A stretch of DNA of 64,000 nucleotides from Balanoglossus misakiensis (lineage: Eukaryota > Animalia > Hemichordata), in NCBI GenBank assembly GCA_040954595.2, contig CM082598.2, forward strand, positions 7,393,097 through 7,457,096, in the 5' to 3' direction. Made by a program: the position numbers and the translations under genes. The notes beneath the pieces are model-generated. The model saw nothing but the letters and a program-made list of their open reading frames with translations, ran no database searches and was not told where the DNA came from. Shown one piece after another: positions 35,201 to 48,076 of this stretch (position 1 is the first letter of the stretch; every line of letters starts with the position of its first letter).

Positions 35201-38200
35201 TGAAAAAATGTCATTTTTTGATGATTTTCAACCCATGATTTTTTTTCATAAATCGACGAAATTTTGAGATTTTGCAAAGTTGAAAAATTGTCATTTTTTG
35301 ATGATTTTCAACCCATGATTTTTTTCAAATATTGACGAAATTTTGAGATTTTGCAAAGTTGAAAAATTGTCATTTTTTGATAATTTTCATCAAGTATAAT
35401 CATGATTTTTTTCAAAAATTGACGAAATTTTGAGATTTTGCAAAATAAAAAAATGTGTCATTTTTTGATGATTTTCATGAGCTATAACCCATGTTTTTTT
35501 TTCAAAAATCGACGAATTTTGAGATTTCGCAAAGTCGAAAAATTTTCATTTTTTGATGATTTTCATGAGTTATAACCCATGATTTTTTTCAAAAATCGAC
35601 CAAATTTTGAGATTTTGCAAAGTTGAAAAATTGTCATTTTTTGATGATTTTCAACCCATGATTTTTTTCAAATATTGACGAAATTTTGAGATTTTGCAAA
35701 GTTGAAAAATTGTCATTTTTTGATAATTTTCATCAGATATAATCATGATTTTTTTCAAAAATCGACGAAATTTTGAGATTTTGCAAAGTTAAAAAAATTG
35801 TCATTTTTTGATGATTTTCAACACATGATTTTTTTCATAAATGGACGAAATTTTGAGATTTTGCAAAGTTGAAAAATTATCATTTTTTGATGACTTTTAA
35901 CCTATGATTTTTTTCAAATATTGACGAAATTTTGAGATTTTGCAAAGTTGATAATTGTCATTTTTTGATGATTTTCAACCCATGATTTTTTTCAAAAATC
36001 GACGAAATGTTGAGATTTTGCAAAATAAAAAAATGTGTCATTTTTTGATGATTTTCATGAGCTATAACCCATGATTTTTTTCAAAAATCGACGAATTTTG
36101 AGATTTCACAAAGTCGAAAAATTGTAATTTTTTGATGATTTTCATGATCTTTAACCCGTTTTTTTCAAAAACGACTAATATTTGAGATTTCGCAAAGTCG
36201 AAAAAATTGTCATTTTTTGATGATTTTCAACCCATGATTTTTTTCAAATATTGACGAAATTTTGAGATTTTGCAAAGTTGAAAAATTGTCATATTTTGAT
36301 GATTTTCAACCCATGATTTTTTTTCAAAAATCGACGAAATTTTGAGATTTTGCAAAGTTGAAAAATTGTCAATTTTTGATGATTTTCATGATCTATAACA
36401 AATGATTTTTTTCAAATATTGACGACATTTTGAGATTTTACAAAGTTGAAAAAATGTCATTTTTTGATGATTTTCAACCCATGATTTTTTTTCATAAATC
36501 GACGAAATTTTGAGATTTTGCAAAGTTGAAAAATTGTCATTTTTTGATGATTTTCAACCCATGATTTTTTTCAAATATTGACGAAATTTTGAGATTTTGC
36601 AAAGTTGAAAAATTGTCATTTTTTGATAATTTTCATCAAGTATAATCATGATTTTTTTCAAAAATTGACGAAATTTTGAGATTTTGCAAAATAAAAAAAT
36701 GTGTCATTTTTTGATGATTTTCATGAGCTATAACCCATGTTTTTTTTTCAAAAATCGACGAATTTTGAGATTTCGCAAAGTCGAAAAATTTTCATTTTTT
36801 GATGATTTTCATGAGTTATAACCCATGATTTTTTTCAAAAATCGACCAAATTTTGAGATTTTGCAAAGTTGAAAAATTGTCATTTTTTGATGATTTTCAA
36901 CCCATGATTTTTTTCAAATATTGACGAAATTTTGAGATTTTGCAAAGTTGAAAAATTGTCATTTTTTGATAATTTTCATCAGATATAATCATGATTTTTT
37001 TCAAAAATCGACGAAATTTTGAGATTTTGCAAAGTTAAAAAAATTGTCATTTTTTGATGATTTTCAACACATGATTTTTTTCATAAATGGACGAAATTTT
37101 GAGATTTTGCAAAGTTGAAAAATTATCATTTTTTGATGACTTTTAACCTATGATTTTTTTCAAATATTGACGAAATTTTGAGATTTTGCAAAGTTGATAA
37201 TTGTCATTTTTTGATGATTTTCAACCCATGATTTTTTTCAAAAATCGACGAAATGTTGAGATTTTGCAAAATAAAAAAATGTGTCATTTTTTGATGATTT
37301 TCATGAGCTATAACCCATGATTTTTTTCAAAAATCGACGAATTTTGAGATTTCACAAAGTCGAAAAATTGTAATTTTTTGATGATTTTCATGATCTTTAA
37401 CCCGTTTTTTTCAAAAACGACTAATATTTGAGATTTCGCAAAGTCGAAAAAATTGTCATTTTTTATGATTTTCAACCAATGATTTTTTTTCAAAAATTGA
37501 CGAAATTTAAAGATTTTGCAAAATTGCAAAATTGTCATATTTTGATGATTTTCAACCCATGATTTTTTTTCAAAAATCGACGAAATTTTGAGATTTTGCA
37601 AAGTTGAAAAATTGTCAATTTTTGATGATTTTCATGATCTATAACAAATGATTTTTTTCAAATATTGACGACATTTTGAGATTTTACAAAGTTGAAAAAA
37701 TGTCATTTTTTGATGATTTTCAACCCATGATTTTTTTTCATAAATCGACGAAATTTTGAGATTTTGCAAAGTTGAAAAATTGTCATTTTTTGATGATTTT
37801 CAACCCATGATTTTTTTTCAAATATTGACGAAATTTTGAGATTTTGCAAAGTTGAAAAATTGTCATTTTTTGATAATTTTCATCAAGTATAATCATGATT
37901 TTTTTCAAAAATTGACGAAATTTTGAGATTTTGCAAAATAAAAAAATGTGTCATTTTTTGATGATTTTCATGAGCTATAACCCATGTTTTTTTTTCAAAA
38001 ATCGACGAATTTTGAGATTTCGCAAAGTCGAAAAATTTTCATTTTTTGATGATTTTCATGAGTTATAACCCATGATTTTTTTCAAAAATCGACCAAATTT
38101 TGAGATTTTGCAAAGTTGAAAAATTGTCATTTTTTGATGATTTTCAACCCATGATTTTTTTCAAATATTGACGAAATTTTGAGATTTTGCAAAGTTGAAA

Positions 38201-40970
38201 AATTGTCATTTTTTGATAATTTTCATCAGATATAATCATGATTTTTTTCAAAAATCGACGAAATTTTGAGATTTTGCAAAGTTAAAAAAATTGTCATTTT
38301 TTGATGATTTTCAACACATGATTTTTTTCATAAATGGACGAAATTTTGAGATTTTGCAAAGTTGAAAAATTATCATTTTTTGATGACTTTTAACCTATGA
38401 TTTTTTTCAAATATTGACGAAATTTTGAGATTTTGCAAAGTTGATAATTGTCATTTTTTGATGATTTTCAACCCATGATTTTTTTCAAAAATCGACGAAA
38501 TGTTGAGATTTTGCAAAATAAAAAAATGTGTCATTTTTTGATGATTTTCATGAGCTATAACCCATGATTTTTTTCAAAAATCGACGAATTTTGAGATTTC
38601 ACAAAGTCGAAAAATTGTAATTTTTTGATGATTTTCATGATCTTTAACCCGTTTTTTTCAAAAACGACTAATATTTGAGATTTCGCAAAGTCGAAAAAAT
38701 TGTCATTTTTTATGATTTTCAACCAATGATTTTTTTTCAAAAATTGACGAAATTTAAAGATTTTGCAAAATTGCAAAATTGTCATTTTTTGATGATTTTA
38801 AACCCATGATTTTTTTCAAAAATTTACGAAATTTTGAGATTTTGCAAAGTTGAAAAATTGTCATTTTTTGATGATTTTCAACCCATGATTTTTTTCAAAT
38901 ATTGACGAAATTTTGAGATTTTGCAAAGTTGAAAAATTGTCATATTTTGATGATTTTCAACCCATGATTTTTTTTCAAAAATCGACGAAATTTTGAGATT
39001 TTGCAAAGTTGAAAAATTGTCATTTTTTGATGATTTTCAACCCATGATTTTTTTCAAATATTGACGAAATTTTGAGATTTTGCAAAGTTGAAAAATTGTC
39101 ATTTTTTGATGATTTTCAACCCATGATTTTTTTCAAAAATCGACGAAATTTTGAGATTTTGCAAAGTTGAAAAATTTACATTTTTTGATGATTTTCAACC
39201 CATGATTTTTTTCAAAAATTGACGAAATTTTGACTTTTTGCAAAGTTGAAAAATTGTCATTTTTTGATGATTTTCAAATCATGATTTTTTCAAAAATTGA
39301 CGAATTTTTGGGGGATTTTGCAAAGTTAAAAAAATGTGTCATTTTTTGATGATTTTCATAAGTATAATCATGATTTTTTTCAAAAATTGACGAAATTTTG
39401 AGATTTTGCAAAATAAAAAAATGTGTCATTTTTTGATGATTTTCATGAGCTATAACCCATGTTTTTTTTTCAAAAATCGACGAATTTTGAGATTTCCCAA
39501 AGTCGAAAAATTTTCATTTTTTGATGATTTTCATGAGTTATAACCCATGATTTTTTTCAAAAATCGACCAAATTTTGAGATTTCGCAAAGTCGAAAAATT
39601 GTAATTTTTTGATGATTTTCATGAGCTATAACCCCTCATCTTTTTAAAAAGCGTCCAAATTTTGAGATTTCGCAAAGTCGACAAATTGTCAATTTTTGAT
39701 GATTTTCAAGAGCTATAAACCTATGCTTTTTTTTCAAAAATCGACGAATTTTTGAGATTTCGCAAAGTCGAAAAATTGTCATTTTTTGATGATTTTCATG
39801 ATCTATAACCCATGTTTTTTTCAGAAATCGTCGAAATTTTGAGATTTTGCAAAGTCGAAAAAATTGTCATTTTTTGATGATTTTCAACCCATGATTTTTT
39901 TCAATAATTGACGAATTTTTTTGAGATTTTACAAAGTTGAAAAATTGTCATTTTTTGATGATTTTCAACCCATGATTTTTTTCAAAAATCGACGAAATTT
40001 TAGGATTTTGCAAAGTTGAAAAATTGTCATTTTTTGATGATTTTCATGAGATATAATCATGTTTTTTTCTCAAAAATTGACGAACTTTTGAGATTTTGCA
40101 AAGTAAAAAATGTGTCTTTTTTGATGATTTTCATGAGCTGTAACCCATGATTTTTTTCAAAAATCGACGAATTTTTGAGATTTCGCAAAGTCGAAAAATT
40201 GTCATTTTTTGATGATTTTCATGAGTTATAAACCCATGATTTTTTTTCAAAAATCGACGAATTTTTGAGATTTTGCGAGATTGAAAAATTGTCATTTTTT
40301 GAAGATTTTCATGATCTATAACCCATGTTTTTTTCAGAAATCGTCGAAATTTTGAGATTTTGCAAAGTCGAAAAAATTGTCATTTTTTGATGATTTTAAA
40401 CCCATGATTTTTTTCAAAAATTTACGAAATTTTGAGATTTTGCAAAGTTGAAAAATTTTCATTTTTTGATGATTTTCAACCCATGATTTTTTTCAAATAT
40501 TGACGAAATTTTGAGATTTTGCAAAGTTGAAAAATTGTCATATTTTGATGATTTTCAACCCATGATTTTTTTTCAAAAATCGACGAAATTTTGAGATTTT
40601 GCAAAGTTGAAAAATTGTCATTTTTTGATGATTTTCAACCCATGATTTTTTTCAAATATTGACGAAATTTTGAGATTTTGCAAAGTTGAAAAATTGTCAT
40701 TTTTTGATGATTTTCAACCCATGATTTTTTTTTAAAATTTACGAAATTTTGAGATTTTGCAAAGTTGAAAAATTGTCATTTTTTGATGATTTTCAACCCA
40801 TGATTTTTTTCAAATATTGACGAAATTTTGAGATTTTGCAAAGTTGAAAAAATTGTCATATTTTGATGATTTTCAACCCATGATTTTTTTTCAAAAATCG
40901 ACGAAATTTTGAGATTTTGCAAATTTGAAAAATTGTCATTTTTTGATGATTTTCAACCCATGATTTTTTT

Positions 40971-41490
40971 CCAGGCTAACCAATAGGGCTATAGGTTTGG
41001 TTTTTGTTGAACATAGACCACTATAAGGTCAAAATTTCTTGCCCAAATTTTGCATGACCTCAGGTGACCTTTGACCTACTTTATCATATCTTGGCATCCA
41101 GAGCAGGTACAGACTTGCCGTTTGGAGGGTTGGGACTAAAATTGAAAAGCCAAAATTGGGGGTCACCTGTGACACCTGCATATCTCATTAATTATGTGCA
41201 TACCTAATTCCAGGCTAACCAATAGGGCTATAGGTTTGCTTTTTGTTGAACATGGACCAGTATAGGGTCAACATTTCTTGCCCAAATTTTGCATAACCTC
41301 AGGTGACCTTTGACCTACTTTTCCATATCTTGGCATCCAGAGCAGATATGCTTATTGCTATGTTGCTATGTTGGTTTGGGCCCGATATTGCTGCTTGCAG
41401 ATCTGCTTGCAATGTCACCTGTAATTTTTATTCTGGTGTGTCACTGTTTCCGCATAATCCTCAAATGGGACCACAGTGTCCTTGACGCTA
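40971..41490. mobile_element. 520-bp non-satellite insert, copy 2
   Basis: Same sequence and junctions as 31737-32256. Confidence 0.7.
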
Positions 41491-42815
41491 TTTTTTGATG
41501 ATTTTCAACCCATGATTTTTTTCAAATATTGACGAAATTTTGAGATTTTGCAAAGTTGAAAAATTGTCATTTTTTGATGATTTTCAACCCATGATTTTTT
41601 TTCAAAAATCGACGAAATTTTGAGATTTTGCAAAGTTGAAAAATTATCATTTTTTGATGATTTTCAACCCATGATTTTTTTCAAAATTGACGAAATTTTG
41701 AGATTTTGCAAAATCTTTTTGATGATTTTCATGAGCTATAACCCATGATTTTTTTCAAAAATCGACGAATTTTGAGATTTCGCAAAGTCGAAAAATGGTA
41801 ATTTTTTGATGATTTTCATGAACTATAACCCATGTTTTTTTCAAAAACGACTAATATTTGAGATTTCGCAAAGTCGACAAATTGTCATTTTTTGATGATT
41901 ATCAACCCATGATTTTTTTCAAAAATCGACGAAATTTTGAGATTTTGGAAAGTAAAAAATCTTTTTTGTCTTTTTTGATGATTTTCATGAGCTGTAACAC
42001 ATGATTTTTTTTCAAAAATCGACGAATTTTTGAGATTTTGCGAGATTGAAAAATTGTCATTTTTTGATGATTTTCATGATCTATAACCCATGTTTTTTTC
42101 AGAAATCGTCGAAATTTTGAGATTTTGCAAAGTCGAAAAAAATTGTCATTTTTTATGATTTTCAACCAATGATTTTTTTTCAAAAATTGACGAAATTTAG
42201 AGATTTTGCAAAATTGAAAAATTGTCATTTTTTGATGATTTTAAACCCATGATTTTTTTCAAAAATTTACGAAATTTTGAGATTTTGCAAAGTTGAAAAA
42301 TTTTCATTTTTTGATGATTTTCAACCCATGATTTTTTTCAAATATTGACGAAATTTTGAGATTTTGCAAAGTTGAAAAATTGTCATATTTTGATGATTTT
42401 CAACCCATGATTTTTTTTCAAAAATCGACGAAATTTTGAGATTTTGCAAAGTTGAAAAATTGTCATTTTTTGATGATTTTCAACCCATGATTTTTTTCAA
42501 ATATTGACGAAATTTTGAGATTTTGCAAAGTTGAAAAATTGTCATTTTTTGATGATTTTCAACCCATGATTTTTTTTAAAAATTTACGAAATTTTGAGAT
42601 TTTGCAAAGTTGAAAAATTGTCATTTTTTGATGATTTTCAACCCATGATTTTTTTCAAATATTGACGAAATTTTGAGATTTTGCAAAGTTGAAAAAATTG
42701 TCATATTTTGATGATTTTCAACCCATGATTTTTTTTCAAAAATCGACGAAATTTTGAGATTTTGCAAATTTGAAAAATTGTCATTTTTTGATGATTTTCA
42801 ACCCATGATTTTTTT

Positions 42816-43335
42816 CCAGGCTAACCAATAGGGCTATAGGTTTGGTTTTTGTTGAACATAGACCACTATAAGGTCAAAATTTCTTGCCCAAATTTTGCAT
42901 GACCTCAGGTGACCTTTGACCTACTTTATCATATCTTGGCATCCAGAGCAGGTACAGACTTGCCGTTTGGAGGGTTGGGACTAAAATTGAAAAGCCAAAA
43001 TTGGGGGTCACCTGTGACACCTGCATATCTCATTAATTATGTGCATACCTAATTCCAGGCTAACCAATAGGGCTATAGGTTTGCTTTTTGTTGAACATGG
43101 ACCAGTATAGGGTCAACATTTCTTGCCCAAATTTTGCATAACCTCAGGTGACCTTTGACCTACTTTTCCATATCTTGGCATCCAGAGCAGATATGCTTAT
43201 TGCTATGTTGCTATGTTGGTTTGGGCCCGATATTGCTGCTTGCAGATCTGCTTGCAATGTCACCTGTAATTTTTATTCTGGTGTGTCACTGTTTCCGCAT
43301 AATCCTCAAATGGGACCACAGTGTCCTTGACGCTA
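42816..43335. mobile_element. 520-bp non-satellite insert, copy 3
   Basis: Same sequence and junctions as 31737-32256. Confidence 0.7.
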
Positions 43336-46300
43336 TTTTTTGATGATTTTCAACCCATGATTTTTTTCAAATATTGACGAAATTTTGAGATTTTGCAAAG
43401 TTGAAAAATTGTCATTTTTTGATGATTTTCAACCCATGATTTTTTTTCAAAAATCGACGAAATTTTGAGATTTTGCAAAGTTGAAAAATTATCATTTTTT
43501 GATGATTTTCAACCCATGATTTTTTTCAAAATTGACGAAATTTTGAGATTTTGCAAAATCTTTTTGATGATTTTCATGAGCTATAACCCATGTTTTTTTC
43601 AAAAACGACTAATATTTGAGATTTCGCAAAGTCGACAAATTGTCATTTTTTGATGATTATCAACCCATGATTTTTTTCAAAAATCGACGAAATTTTGAGA
43701 TTTTGGAAAGTAAACAATCTTTTTTGTCTTTTTTGATGATTTTCATGAGCTGTAACCCATGATTTTTTTTCAAAAATCGACGAATTTTTGAGATTTTGCG
43801 AGATTGAAAAATTGTCATTTTTTGATGATTTTCATGATCTATAACCCATGTTTTTTTCAGAAATCGTCGAAATTTTGAGATTTTGCAAAGTCGAAAAAAA
43901 TTGTCATTTTTTATGATTTTCAACCAATGATTTTTTTTCAAAAATTGACGAAATTTAGAGATTTTGCAAAATTGAAAAATTGTCATTTTTTGATGATTTT
44001 AAACCCATTATTTTTTTAAAAAATTTACGAAATTTTGAGATTTTGCAAAGTTGAAAAATTTTCATTTTTTGATGATTTTCAACCCATGATTTTTTTCAAA
44101 TATTGACGAAATTTTGAGATTTTGCAAAGTTGAAAAATTGTCATATTTTGATGATTTTCAACCCATGATTTTTTTTCAAAAATCGACGAAATTTTGAGAT
44201 TTCGCAAAGTTGAAAAATTTTTATTTTTTGATGATTTTCATGAGTTATAACATATGATTTTTTTCAAAAATCGACCAAATTTTGAGATTTCGCAAAGTCG
44301 AAAAATTGTCATTTTTTGATGATTTTCATGAGCTATAACCCCTCATCTTTTTTAAAAGCGACCAAATTTTGAGATTTCGCAAAGTCGACAAATTGTCAAT
44401 TTTTGATGATTTTCAAGAGCTATAAACCTGATTTTTTTTCAAAAATCGACGAATTTTTGAGATTTCGCAAAGTCGAAAAATTGTCATTTTTTGATGATTT
44501 TCATGATCTATAACCCATGTTTTTTTCAGAAATCGTCGAAATTTTGAGATTTTGCAAAGTCGAAAAAATTGTCATTTTTTGATGATTTTCAACCCAAGAT
44601 TTTTTTCAATAATTGACGAATTTTTTTGAGATTTTACAAAGTTGAAAAATTGTCATTTTTTGATGATTTTCAACCCATGATTTTTTTCAAAAATCGACGA
44701 AATTTTAGGATTTTGCAAAGTTGAAAAATTGTCATTTTTTGATGATTTTCATGAGATATAATCATGTTTTTTTCTCAAAAATTGACGAACTTTTGAGATT
44801 TTGCAAAGTAAAAAATGTGTCTTTTTTGATGATTTTCATGAGCTGTAACCCATGATTTTTTTCAAAAATCGACGAATTTTTGAGATTTCGCAAAGTCGAA
44901 AAATTGTCATTTTTTGATGATTTTCATGAGTTATAACCCATGATTTTTTTTCAAAAATCGACGAATTTTTGAGATTTTGCGAGATTGAAAAATTGTCATT
45001 TTTTGATGATTTTCATGAGTTATAACCCATGATTTTTTTTCAAAAATCGACGAATTTTTGAGATTTTGCGAGATTGAAAAATTGTCATTTTTTGATGATT
45101 TTCATGATCTATAACCCATGTTTTTTTCAGAAATCGTCGAAATTTTGAGATTTTGCAAAGTCGAAAAAATTGTCATTTTTTATGATTTTCAACCAATGAT
45201 TTTTTTTCAAAAATTGACGAAATTTAGAGATTTTGCAAAATTGAAAAATTGTCATTTTTTGATGATTTTAAACCCATGATTTTTTTCAAAAATTTACGAA
45301 ATTTTGAGATTTTGCAAAGTTGAAAAATTTTCATTTTTTGATGATTTTCAACACATGAGCTATAACCCATGATTTTTTTCAAAAATCGACGAATTTTGAG
45401 ATTTCGCAAAGTCGAAAAATTGTAATTTTTTGATGATTTTCATGATCTATAACCCATGTTTTTTTCAAAAACGACTAATATTTGAGATTTCGCAAAGTCG
45501 ACAAATTGTCATTTTTTGATGATTATCAACCCATGATTTTTTTCAAAAATCGACGAAATTTTGAGATTTTGCAAAGTAAAAAATGTGTCTTTTTTGATGA
45601 TTTTCATGAGCTGTAACCCATGATTTTTTTTCAAAAATCGACGAATTTTTGAGATTTTGCGAGATTGAAAAATTGTCATTTTTTGATGATTTTCATGATC
45701 TATAACCCATGTTTTTTTCAGAAATCGTCGAAATTTTGAGATTTTGCAAAGTCGAAAAATTGTCATTTTTTGATGATTTTAAACCCATGATTTTTTTCAA
45801 AAATTTACGAAATTTTGAGATTTTGCAAAGTTGAAAAATTTTCATTTTTTGATGATTTTCAACCCATGATTTTTTTCAAAAATCAACGAAATTTTGAGAT
45901 TTTGCAAAGTTGAAAAATTGTCATTGTTTGATGATTTTCAACCCATGATTTTTTTCAAATATTGACGAAATTTTGAGATTTTGCAAAGTTGAAAAATTGT
46001 CATATTTTGATGATTTTCAACCCATGATTTTTTTTCAAAAATCGACGAAATTTTGAGATTTTGCAAAGTTGAAAAATTGTCATTTTTTGATGATTTTCAA
46101 CCCATGATTTTTTTCAAAAATTGACGAAATTTAGAGATTTTGCAAAATTGAAAAATTGTCATTTTTTGATGATTTTAAACCCATGATTTTTTTCAAAAAT
46201 TTACGAAATTTTGAGATTTTGCAAAGTTGAAAAATTGTCATTTTTTGATGATTTTCAACCCATGATTTTTTTCAAATATTAACGAAATTTTGAGATTTTG

Positions 46301-47556
46301 CAAAGTTGAAAAATTGTCATTTTTTGATGATTTTCAACCCATGATTTTTTTCAAAAATTTACGAAATTTTGAGATTTTGCAAAGTTGAAAAATTGTCATT
46401 TTTTGATGATTTTCAACCCATGATTTTTTTAAAATATTGACGAAATTTTGAGATTTTGCAAAGTTGAAAAATTGTCATATTTTGATGATTTTCAACCCAT
46501 GATTTTTTTTCAAAAATTTACGAAATTTTGAGATTTTGCAAAGTTGAAAAATTGTCATTTTTTGATGATTTTCAACCCATGATTTTTTTCAAATATTAAC
46601 GAAATTTTGAGATTTTGCAAAGTTGAAAAATTGTCATATTTTGATGATTTTCAACCCATGATTTTTTTTCAAAAATCGACGAAATTTTGAGATTTTACAA
46701 AATAAAAAAATGTGTCATTTTTTGATGATTTTCATGAGCTATAACCCATGATTTTTTTCAAAAATCGACGAATTTTGAGATTTCGCAAAGTCGAAAAATT
46801 GTAATTTTTGGATGATTTTCATGATCTATAACCCATGTTTTTTTCAAAAACGACTAATATTTGAGATTTCGCAAAGTCGACAAATTGTCATTTTTTGATG
46901 ATTTTCAACCCATGATTTTTTTCAAAAATTGACGAAATTTAGAGATTTTGCAAAATTGAAAAATTGTCATTTTTTGATGATTTTAAACCCATGATTTTTT
47001 TCAAAAATTTACGAAATTTTGAGATTTTGCAAAGTTGAAAAATTTTCATTTTTTGATGATTTTCAACCCATGATTTTTTTCAAATATTGACGAAATTTTG
47101 AGATTTTGCAAAGTTGAAAAATTGTCATATTTTGATGATTTTCAACCCATGATTTTTTTCAAAAATCGACGAAATTTTGAGATTTTGCAAAGTTGAAAAA
47201 TTGTCATTTTTTGATGATTTTCAACCCATGATTTTTTTCAAATATTGACGAAATTTTGAGATTTTGCAAAGTTGAAAAATTGTCATTTTTTGATGATTTT
47301 CAACCCATGTTTTTTTTCAAAAATTTACGAAATTTTGAGATTTTGCAAAGTTGAAAAATTGTCATTTTTTGATGATTTTCAACCCATGATTTTTTTCAAA
47401 TATTGACGAAATTTTGAGATTTTGCAAAGTTGAAAAAATTGTCATATTTTGATGATTTTCAACCCATGATTTTTTTTCAAAAATCGACGAAATTTTGAGA
47501 TTTTGCAAAGTTGAAAAATTGTCATTTTTTGATGATTTTCAACCCATGATTTTTTT

Positions 47557-48076
47557 CCAGGCTAACCAATAGGGCTATAGGTTTGGTTTTTGTTGAACAT
47601 AGACCACTATAAGGTCAAAATTTCTTGCCCAAATTTTGCATGACCTCAGGTGACCTTTGACCTACTTTATCATATCTTGGCATCCAGAGCAGGTACAGAC
47701 TTGCCGTTTGGAGGGTTGGGACTAAAATTGAAAAGCCAAAATTGGGGGTCACCTGTGACACCTGCATATCTCATTAATTATGTACATACCTAATTCCAGG
47801 CTAACCAATAGGGCTATAGGTTTGCTTTATGTTGAACATGGACCAGTATAGGTTCAAAATTTCTTGCCCAAATTTTGCATAACCTCAGGTGACCTTTGAC
47901 CTACTTTTCCATATCTTGGCATCCAGAGCAGATATGCTTATTGCTATGTTGCTATGTTGGTTTGGGCCCGATATTGCTGCTTGCAGATCTGCTTGCAATG
48001 TCACCTGTAATTTTTATTCTGGTGTGTCACTGTTTCCGCATAATCCTCAAATGGGACCACAGTGTCCTTGACGCTA
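47557..48076. mobile_element. 520-bp non-satellite insert, copy 4
   Basis: Same junctions, with a few substitutions (e.g. TGTACATACC, GCTTTATGTT, GGTTCAAAAT). Confidence 0.7.
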
